Source of the DNA: Calcarisporiella thermophila CBS 279.70
Taxonomy: Eukaryota; Fungi; Calcarisporiellomycota
Reading direction: 5' to 3'
NCBI RefSeq assembly: GCF_041956535.1
Contig: NW_027192208.1
Coordinates: 382,492-446,491, forward strand
Length of the DNA stretch: 64,000 nucleotides
The notes under the pieces were generated by a model that did not search any database, was not told the origin of the DNA, and worked only from the letters and a program-made list of their open reading frames with translations. A program made the position numbers and the translations under genes. Positions within the stretch are counted from its first letter, which is position 1. Each line of letters starts with the position of its first letter. Shown one piece after another: positions 1-9,117 of the stretch.

Positions 1-571
1 TAAAGGTAAAAAAAACTAATTGTGCATAAAGTTAAAGAAGAAAAGAAGTTTTTTTTTTGGCTTGTAGTGGCGCAGTTATGACTGTCTGTACGAAATACCG
101 ATATTCCCTGTAACACTTGTTAGAATCTGCGTAGTACATGCGAGGATAGTTAAGATAATTACTGGTTTATTAAACAAGAATACTATCTGGAACTTAGGAT
201 ATCTCCCTTTACTATAGTGGGAGTTCTGTTCAATATATACTAAAAGAATTACATTACAACGATTACTTAATAATGCTCCGATAATGCTCCGAAATAGCAG
301 GACTTGAGGGATTTTTTTTTTGATCAATCAATGGAAACTTTTATTTAATTTCCATATATTACATGAAGTTAATGTCAATGGACTTGACATAACGAGATAT
401 AGGTCCTTGATCGATAGACGTTCAATCGATATGCGTGTATCGTAGTTGTCGTGAATAGCATGTACGTGAAACCGATGTAATCTTTTGTACTTTTTGTAGG
501 AGCGATCTTTTCAATAATGAAGACTCAATTTCTGAACAAGTGGACAGCAGTCACAAACTAAGAGTAAGTGC

Positions 572-649
572 TGGTGGGGGAAGTGGGATTCGAACCCACG
601 CCGTTCTCGTCGGCATACCAGGGATAGTCCACTACACTAACCCTCCCCC
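572..649 (-). ncRNA. Non-canonical tRNA-like RNA with encoded 3' CCA (tRNA-Leu-like 3' half, no canonical anticodon arm)
   Basis: Minus strand reads GGGGGAG-GGTTAGTGTAGTGGACTATCC-CTGGTAT-GCCGACGAGAACGGC-GTGGG TTCGAAT CCCAC-TTCCCCC-A-CCA. It has a 7-bp acceptor stem, a perfect T-arm/B-box, an A-box-like TAGTGTAGTGG, discriminator A and CCA. Confidence 0.7.
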
Positions 650-734
650 AGGGCTTGAGGGATTACGTGGCTTGGCTTGGTTGTCCTACTGCAGATATCT
701 CGATACGATTCCAACACACTGTAAGAGTTAGGTA

Positions 735-808
735 GTTTTCGTGGTGTAGTTGGTTATCACGTCTGTCTAACACACAGACGGTCTCCGGTTCGAATCCGGA
801 CGAAAACA
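735..808 (+). tRNA. tRNA-Val(AAC)
   Basis: Full cloverleaf: acceptor GTTTTCG/CGAAAAC, anticodon arm TCTGT-CTAACAC-ACAGA, T-arm TCCGG-TTCGAAT-CCGGA. A TTTTT Pol III terminator follows at about 812. Confidence 0.97.
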
Positions 809-2003
809 CGATTTTTATTTTATCAACCCAAAATTCTAAATGATTTTTAAGCTATACGATTATTGAAGGGTGGTGTTGAAGTTTAGTTTATATTGTTGAC
901 TTATTAATTTGTAAATGAAGGTAAGTGTCCTTTTTTTTTGGAAATCAAATTAAAAATTTATGCATATGCATATAAAGATTTAGATATATTAAATTTGATA
1001 GAAGACAGAGATATACACTTTTCACGGTGCACGTGCTTGTTATTCGAAGTATATTCCGTGGAAAGTATTTTGATAATAGTCTCCACATCAATCCCGTCAG
1101 AAAGTAGGGCAGTAGTTCATTCATTTTAACAGCTTAAAACTCTGAACTTATTCATCTTTTTGACTATTTTCAGATCCTGGTTTTGAACATTATTTATAAT
1201 AGCATATCAAGATAAAGATGTCAGATGTTTTATTAACTAGAGTTTCTATCAATCAATTATTAAGTTTAATTACCATTTGAATTTGGGATACGTCTTTCAG
1301 GACGTATGCGTCTAGTTGTCCATATTGTGACCTTGTTTTTATCCTGTTTCCAGTGATTTGTAAATTTCTCCACTCTTCTATTTTGAAAGCTATTATTGCT
1401 TATCAATATAGATGTGCTGTTTGAAAATTTATTCCGGGTGGCTTGATAATTAGAATACTTATCTTTATTTCCTAGTAATTCACATGTCTAAATCATAGCC
1501 CGGAATTCTTTGAGGCTTTTTCAGGCATAAGCATGTATAATCCGATGGTGATTTTTTGATGCTCGGTTTGGGAAAAATGATTACAGCGAGCCAAGGGAAA
1601 AAGCCCGCTCTTTCTTTTCTTTTTATTAACTTTCAAGCATATTTATCTAGATTATCAATTCTATATATATTACTAAACGAAAGAACTCGAAGGATAATTC
1701 AAGATAAAACTAGAAGACCTTCATACTTGAAACCTGTATATATGTATATATTTTTGTGCGCCGAAATGTATAGTTAAAATTGTTTAGGATCACGGATGGG
1801 AAAAGTGGGAGAGTGTTAGATTTCGAAGGATAAATTACCCCTATTCTCCAATTAAACCGTAGTTGTAAATTGAAATTCAGAATGCACATTGCTTTGCGTG
1901 GTGTTTGAATTCGAGAAGAATTAAGGATCCTCTATTTTTACTAGCCTCATATTGAAGTTTGTTTATATCCTTTTACTTTTTCGTTTCCTTTGCTTCATTT
2001 ATA

Positions 2004-3122
2004 ATGAACATACCAATGGTCAACGCGACTATCTCAGTCGATAGGCCTTTTGGCGTACATCTCGACTCGTACTTTGTTAGAGCTTATCATCTTTTGACTG
2101 GGAAATCAGTAGATGAGTTTCATTTTGTGCAGGTAACAGGGGTCATCATTTGATATATTATTCATCATCTCTAAATGGATTCAAAATATTACCCACTATT
2201 ATAATACTTTCTGCTATCATTGAACTCTTTATCTGATTTAATTTGATTACCAGGGTGAAACACCTCTTTCCACCAATTTGGAGGTTTTCATTATTTGCCT
2301 TGCCTATTTAGTCATCATCTTCGGAGGCGAATATATCATGCGTGGTCGCCAACCCCTCCAGCTTCGTGGTCTGTTTCAACTGCATAACTTTTTGCTCACC
2401 ACTGGCTCTCTGGCTCTCCTTTTGCTATACATTGAGGAGCTGCTACCTATCCTGTACAGACATGGCTTTCTTTATGCCATTTGCGATGCTAAAGCCTTTA
2501 CTCCGAGGCTAGAGCTACTTTATTACATTAACTACTTGTTTAAGTACTGGGAGCTTGTGGATACTGTGTTTTTAGTACTCAAGAAAAAGAAGCTAGGTAT
2601 AAATTATGTGATATTAGTGTATCAGACGATTATCGTTTATACTTAACTTTAATTTTATAGAATTTCTTCACTACTACCACCATAGCATGACCGCTGTTCT
2701 CTGCTACACACAGTTGGTTGGACGTACATCAGTTGTAAGTGTATACAGGAGGCAATCTGCTAGCTGTTGTTTTAACTAATATATTCCTACTAAAGTCTTG
2801 GGTTCCTATTGTGCTCAACTTGACTGTACATGTCTTCATGTATTATTACTACATGCGGGCCGCCATGGGACACCGCATCTGGTGGAAGCGCTACCTCACT
2901 ACGATGCAAATCGTTCAATTTATCATTGATCTATTTGTAATCTATTTCTGCACATATACCTACTTCGCCTACACATATGCCCCTTCCCTTCCAAATATGG
3001 GAACGTGTGCAGGCACTGAGGGTGCTGCAGCGTTTGGCAGCGGGCTTCTGTCGAGTTATTTGCTACTGTTTATTAACTTCTATCGGCAAACTTACAAGAA
3101 GCCTGCGGCTAAAAAGCTGTAG
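2004..3122 (+). CDS. ELO/GNS1/SUR4-family very-long-chain fatty acid elongase (4 exons)
   Basis: [16 protein letters not shown], spliced FLHYYHH histidine box, [16 protein letters not shown], and a C-terminal dilysine ER-retrieval-like signal (AAKKL). Confidence 0.93.
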
Positions 3123-3754
3123 ATTCTATGTATTTCCATTTTCCTTTTTTTTTTTGTATGTGTATTAGAGGTGATAGATCAATCAAAAAAAAAGAGAGAA
3201 TATACATTTTTCTTTTGAGCGCTTTTAATATATAATACGTTTCTACTTTAGCTCCTTACTCTTTTTTTTCTTCTCCTTTTTTCTTTTCCCTAGGGTTATC
3301 TCCTTTTATTCTTTGGTCGTGTTTTCCATTTTTATATTCTTATAAGAATAGGATAAGCAGTTTTATTCTTAATATATTTAGGATATCACCCATATCACTT
3401 TGAATAAATATCACAATTAATAAATAGCACATGGTATACATATATATTTACCGATAGCTGAAGTCACTCTATACAGATAAACTACCCCCTCCCAGAAACG
3501 TAAATTGTAAAATGATTGCATAGCGTATGGCTCCGTTGATCAAACTCAATATAAGTCTAATTTATTTCGACACCTAGCGGAATAAAAGGAAGCCTTCGAC
3601 TCTAAAGGCTCTCTAGGACTTTTTGTAGCAACAAGTAATTGATCTTTCTAACAAGAAATATCCGAAACTGTTCCAAATATCTCAATTTCTACCCAGAAAT
3701 TCGAGAAAACCCAGCTCTCAGTTCGTATACTATTATTTAAATACTTAGGTTAAT

Positions 3755-4809
3755 ATGGAGTTTCCGGAAGTTGGGAAGCATTGTTCACAGAGAGATTGCA
3801 ATCAGCTAGGTATAATATTGACTCACACCATTGACATCAAGTGGGCTCTAACTAATACCCTGCAATCTTCTTAGATTTCTTACCTTATACCTGCCAGTAT
3901 TGTAAGAAAACATTCTGGTTAGATTCATCTTGTTAACCTTTGCATCCAATCCTATGGTTCTCATTTTTTTTGTCGTTTATTAGTCAAGATCATTGGAAAG
4001 CTAAGGATCACGACTGTCCTAAATATGAGGCACTTGATGTTCGTATTCCTGTATGTCCTCTATGTCAGCAACCGGTGTCCATTAGGCGAGGAGAAGATGC
4101 CAATTATAAGGTATTGCTTCTTTTCACTTTCAATCAAACCATCATTCGACTCTACAAATAATATTATTAACTAGGTTGACGAGCACATATCTAAAGGTTG
4201 TCCGTCATCTACACAAAAGAAGTCCAATTCTTGCTCTATGAAAGGTTGCCGTACTCGTGTACTTGTACCCATTATTTGCCCAAAATGTCATCTAAATTTT
4301 TGTGTCAAGCACCGCCTGGAGGCAGACCATGCCTGCAATCCTCCTCCAGCACCAGTTCCTGCCACTAAAAAGTTGATGAATGGGTTCTTACATCGTGGGA
4401 AAAAAGACTCTCAGAAAATCAACACTCGTCATAATAATGCTCCCACAAAGCCAATGGACTCTTCGAAGATTTCTGGAGGAGATCGGTAAGTGTTGCTTGT
4501 CAATCATGAGAATTTTAGATTTAACTAAGTTCCCATTTCGTAACAGAGCGCAGATGGAACAAGAGTCTCAACTACGGTTATTAGAAGAGAAAAGACGTAA
4601 TGGGGTAAGCAGAAACGGTTATTTATGGATTCTAACGAAAAGGTCACTTGAAAAATGTCTCTATGTAGAAATTGAACAAGCAAGAGCAGGAGGCTTTTGC
4701 ATTGATGATGAAATCGGATGCCAAGCAGCAGCAACAACAGCAACAGCTTATGCGAGGCAAAAGACGCATTTCTTCGACAAAGAAAAAGGCCGATTGTATT
4801 ATAAGTTAA
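3755..4809 (+). CDS. AN1-type zinc finger protein (ZFAND2/AIRAP/Cuz1-like) with C-terminal CaaX (multi-exon)
   Basis: Spliced MEFPEVGKHCSQRDCNQLDFLPYTCQYCKKTFCQDHW...HDC, a CPLCQ zinc knuckle, and a second AN1 finger CPKCHLNFCVKHRLEADHAC. The last exon ends KKKADCIIS*. Confidence 0.88.
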
Positions 4810-5132
4810 TTAGATCTGATTCTGCTACATGATATTGTCATTTTCCTTTTTCTGTCAATGCCGATCTTCCTTTTAATATCCTCTTATTTGAATACACTCT
4901 GTATTTATCACGAGATAAGTTATACTCTTTTCTTAAACGAACCGTCTGGAACAAAAACCCTTGCAGCACTTTGTTTCTGCAACTAATTTTACCCATTTGA
5001 TCTCATCGGCTCAGCCCGTTTATCAAAATGAGGAACAAAATATTTGCCCACGGCTGCGTCTGTGTGAGACGAAATGTGCGATCAATAAATTCTGGTTTGT
5101 CCAATTTTTGCTGGTTTCCGATCGGTATTTTT

Positions 5133-5222
5133 TTCCCACTCGATCATTTGTTTCTTGCTCCGGCTGTCAAAAAGTACAAGAACAAAATTTTCTCACCCCT
5201 TTTTGCCTATCATTTTCTCACA
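5133..5222 (-). promoter_or_regulatory. Cluster of three CSL-type binding sites (GTGRGAA) upstream of CSL paralog 1
   Basis: Plus strand TTCCCAC 5133-5139, TTCTCAC 5190-5196 and TTCTCACA 5215-5222, all within 90 bp and 120-210 bp before the ATG. Confidence 0.45.
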
Positions 5223-5343
5223 GTTCTCTGCTTCTCTCTCATAATCTCTTCCGTAACAAACTCTTCTTTTACTATCATCTTCCTCCCCTTTGGATCCATT
5301 ATTCTTATCTTTTCTTTGTGTGCAGAGAAGCCAGAGACACGAC

Positions 5344-7947
5344 ATGCACCCCCGGCCAACTTCAACTTATGGCTCGAATTTTTCACCTCAGCCTTCTCCC
5401 CAAAAGCCAGCCGCCGCCAACTTTTCCTCCCCTAATATTCTGTCGCCCTCTGGTATATCCATGTCACCCTTCGGCGGCAAGGCTCCAACCGTACCAACGC
5501 CATTCTCTGCAGGGCAAAAGGGTATCTATTCCTATGCAAAAAGCTGGAGAAAATTCGATAATTCGCTAGAGGTTGGGGAAGATGATCTGAAGGGAAGATT
5601 GATGAACCAAGATGCACACAAAGGTGCCTCAATCCCCTATCGACGACCACAAAGCGAGCAACAGATACCTTTAAAACCAGGGAGCCGATATCCCGAGCCT
5701 CATTCCTCTTTAACTCCTAAGAATAGACTACCTCCAATCGCGAGCTGTCTCCCAGAACTTGCTGCACCTCCTCCCCCACCTCCAGGTCCTGCTCCCAACG
5801 TTCCATTTTCATATATGCACTCGCCTTTTAGTGAAAGTCGCATTTCAACCGATAACAAAGAGCCGATGAGAAAAGATAGCATGTCAATTGCATCTTTGAT
5901 TGCACGGGATACCACTCAGAATCATTTGACGTCTCCATCTTCTCCACCCACTACTAAGCAGCAAATGTTCGAACAGCGGAGGCCCACCCTTCCACCTGTG
6001 CTTTCGTCTTTACAAGTGGATACTAGATTGACTGGTTCGTCCGCACTGGTAGAGAAATCAAGTGATCTCAAAAGCGAGATCGGTCGCTCCTCTCTATCAC
6101 CCATCCAGGCGAAATCACTTGCTTTTACTATGGTCACCGCTAATCCTGTTTTTTCTCCATCGGCCGGTGAAGCCGGTAAACGTGTCCGTTCCCAGTCTAT
6201 GGAGAACCATGATATTTCTCCAAATAAGCGACAGTTTTCTCGGGGTTCTCAATCCTCTCTTACCCTTTCCACCAGTGTCAAGGGTTTGCATAACAAAATC
6301 TCTCACCAGAACGCAGGAAAAACCATGACAATCTCCTGTCTTCACACAACCGTTGCTCAAAAATCTTATGGATCGGAGAAACGATTTCTCTGTCCTCCTC
6401 CTGTAGTGCGAGTTTATGGATTAGTTCCACAACAGTCCATTGCCGTTTCGGTGGCGGTGGCCGGGAGTGCTGTCCAGGATCATAAGATCACAACTTGTGA
6501 TAGTGAAACTGCGGTTTTCAAGCATCTACACGTGATGGGTAGTGCAAAGTCGAAGAGAATCCGGTTGCAGCTTTTTATTACACCAGCTGCCTCTGAAATG
6601 GGGGTGCAGCAAGCGGGGGGATTGCCTACTATAAGTTTAGTGACGGATCCTGTGACAGTTATTTCCAAACCGTCAACTAAAAAGAAAAAGCCAAGCATAC
6701 TATCAAGCTCTGTGGGATCGGGGAAAAAGAATTACATAGGAGGCGCGGGAGCTGCCTCAGGAAACTGGATAGTCGAGGGAGGAAGAGTAGCATTTTACAA
6801 CCGTATCAACTCACAGACTGTTAGAACCAAATTCTTGGATGTCGCTCAAGTATACAGTGGAGGAGGTGGAGGAATACAAGCAAAGAGAGGGGATGGAAGT
6901 AGTGAGGGGATGATTTGTGCGAATGGAGGAAATTGGACAGGTTTTGTCCTTTCGGTTGTTCGATCTCCTTCTATTAGCCAATTTCATGATCGTCGACGCT
7001 CCATCCAGAATGAGGATGACGGAGATTCCAGCCGCCCATTGCTCTATAATTCGACCATTATTCTCACGGACCCGGATACCAACCTTTCTTCGCCTCCACT
7101 CATTATTCGCAAGGTAGAACGCGGGAAATTGCTGCGAGATGAGGAAGACTCCGCCCCCGTGACACAGATGCAAAAAGTAGGACTTGAACGAGCTTCGGTT
7201 GACGCAACAGGAATGAACGTGACAGGTGGGACACGAGAGTTCATGGGAGCCGGGGATGAAGGATTGGGGTTCTGGACAATTGAGGATGATAAGGTGGAGG
7301 ATGTAGTGTGCTGGACGGCGGTTGGAGTGAGAGAAATGTGTGAAACGTTCGTTTTGCCCCCTCCTCATACCGATGCAATGTGCAGTGAGATGAAGCAAAG
7401 CAGAGCGATAACACGCCCGCCTAGGCTTTTGGAGAATCCAAAGTATAAACCGGGGACACATACTTTAGAACTTGCATTCAATTGCCACTCTTCCGTTTTT
7501 AGGCCAACTCATCAACTCTCAGCTGGGGATGAAGGAGATGGGCGAGAGCAGGAGCTATCAGATAGAATGGGTATTTATTTGGGAAATATGGGTCCACTTC
7601 GTTTGCGTACACTCCCTGGCACATATCCCTCGATCCCTAATTCTCACCCTGATCGTCGGTCATCCCATTCATTTTCTCCTCAACCTTCTACCTCACCTGC
7701 ACTTGTTGATGATTTCGATTATGACGAAGATTTTCCTATTCCTCGAAATGTATCTAGAAATGAATGTCGTCTAGTCGTGGATCTTCCAATGGCAAGTGAA
7801 GAGATTTTTGCGGGAAGAGAAGGAGTTATTGAGTTGCCGCTGTGGCTGGTTCGCACAGATGGTGTTAAATTCTTGATGGGAGGGTGGGGAATGATATGTT
7901 TTTTGAGCGGAGGCCATCTTGCGAGATGGAGTGTGGAAAGACTTTGA
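5344..7947 (+). CDS. Fungal CSL (CBF1/Su(H)/LAG-1) transcription factor, paralog 1
   Basis: LAG1 DNA-binding motif VAQKSYGSEKRFLCPPP, VISKPS, beta-trefoil FYNRINSQTVRTKFL, PLIIRKVE, PVTQMQKV. The first ATG is at 5344 (the track start is TTG). A possible in-frame 48-nt intron lies at 5522-5569. Confidence 0.92.
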   Translation: MHPRPTSTYGSNFSPQPSPQKPAAANFSSPNILSPSGISMSPFGGKAPTVPTPFSAGQKGIYSYAKSWRKFDNSLEVGEDDLKGRLMNQDAHKGASIPYRRPQSEQQIPLKPGSRYPEPHSSLTPKNRLPPIASCLPELAAPPPPPPGPAPNVPFSYMHSPFSESRISTDNKEPMRKDSMSIASLIARDTTQNHLTSPSSPPTTKQQMFEQRRPTLPPVLSSLQVDTRLTGSSALVEKSSDLKSEIGRSSLSPIQAKSLAFTMVTANPVFSPSAGEAGKRVRSQSMENHDISPNKRQFSRGSQSSLTLSTSVKGLHNKISHQNAGKTMTISCLHTTVAQKSYGSEKRFLCPPPVVRVYGLVPQQSIAVSVAVAGSAVQDHKITTCDSETAVFKHLHVMGSAKSKRIRLQLFITPAASEMGVQQAGGLPTISLVTDPVTVISKPSTKKKKPSILSSSVGSGKKNYIGGAGAASGNWIVEGGRVAFYNRINSQTVRTKFLDVAQVYSGGGGGIQAKRGDGSSEGMICANGGNWTGFVLSVVRSPSISQFHDRRRSIQNEDDGDSSRPLLYNSTIILTDPDTNLSSPPLIIRKVERGKLLRDEEDSAPVTQMQKVGLERASVDATGMNVTGGTREFMGAGDEGLGFWTIEDDKVEDVVCWTAVGVREMCETFVLPPPHTDAMCSEMKQSRAITRPPRLLENPKYKPGTHTLELAFNCHSSVFRPTHQLSAGDEGDGREQELSDRMGIYLGNMGPLRLRTLPGTYPSIPNSHPDRRSSHSFSPQPSTSPALVDDFDYDEDFPIPRNVSRNECRLVVDLPMASEEIFAGREGVIELPLWLVRTDGVKFLMGGWGMICFLSGGHLARWSVERL

Positions 7948-9117
7948 CATTTTATGAAAACATCACCTTGTACTTTATTCATGTGAAGTTTTTTTAGACT
8001 ACGTTGAATGCTTGTATATTTTTTTCTACAGTGTGTTAAATTTATTATGTTTGTTTATTTCCAGTGTAATTATGTAATGTATTAATATTAAATGATTTAA
8101 TTTGTCAATTACTATATCTCACTTTCATGTGAGAAATTCGGATCAATCCTATATTAAGTTCAGTAGTATATCTATTGAGTACTCCAAATGATCGTGGGAA
8201 CGAAGCATTTTTTTCTTTGAGTAATGTTTAATTGAAAACTCTCTTCATATGAGATCACACTGTAAGAAAATGATTCGATGCATTTTATAATTGGGGCATT
8301 GAGAGTTCCATTAAGGCCAAATCAAATAGCAAAATTGTCTATAGCATTCAAAATATCTTGCAAAAGTGTCGCCTGGGAATGTTCTTTATGAGTCCGCTTT
8401 TGTTGGTTCAAGAGTTGTCCGGTGGCTCCAAAGAAGAATTGGTAACAAGCGTAGAAATCTGGATGCAATGGTTACTCCAATCAAGAGACTGATTCTTCAG
8501 TATTCGATACCAAATTAGTTCCATTTTGCACTCTTGCTGCCTTTATTGGGAGTCTCGAGTATTGTAACACGCGTGCTTATATTTGTTCCAATATGTTCCA
8601 AATAGTATGTCTACGATTTCGCAATCGTTTCCTAGACATCGCACCGAATTTTGCAAAATTCAAACTGGTAGATTTCCAAAAAAAGAGAAAAACCCGGCGG
8701 TCGGTCCATTTTTCGGGAAGTACCCTAATTTGGCAGAGACCGGATGTTCTATATAGCGAGGCTGATATGGAATGGAAAAAGATGTGGCAAAAGAAAGACG
8801 ATGAAACCGTGCGAAGGTATGGGAGAGGCTGTGTTGCGGATTTACAAGCGGACTTTCGCTACAAGTTATCGTAAATCCTCCATATTAATATTTCTCGGTA
8901 TCCAAGAGTTGCCAAACAAATCCGCGTAAGCACAAATGGCTAATGAAGAACCATCATCACCTAATATTGCAACTGCCTAGTTGGTACCTGACATAATAGA
9001 TCAATAAGAATATAAATCACCCAGCTGTCAATTTATTAGTATTAGTCATCTAATTTAAATTGATGAGTGTCCAGACATTTAATAAGTTTTTATACAATTA
9101 TTTTCCCAAAAGATTTG

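Noticed and set aside
59-130. GGCTTGTAGTGGCGCAGTT resembling a tRNA 5' end / A-box
   Set aside because: No B-box or T-arm and no complementary acceptor strand downstream.
572-649. Selenocysteine tRNA or tmRNA interpretation of the tRNA-like element
   Set aside because: There is no UCA anticodon and no 9/4 fold with both anticodon and variable arms. There is no G3:U70 alanine pair and no tag reading frame.
3680-3712. Heat-shock element upstream of the AN1/AIRAP-like gene
   Set aside because: Only one correctly spaced TTCnnGAA unit; the adjacent GAA is out of register.
4961-5569. 202-aa and 135-aa ORFs overlapping the CSL1 5' region
   Set aside because: Products of pyrimidine-rich promoter/UTR sequence, with no domain features and overlap with the real gene in another frame.
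8593-8929. 93-aa and 61-aa ORFs between the CSL paralogs
   Set aside because: No motifs or coding-like composition; probably promoter/5'UTR of paralog 2.
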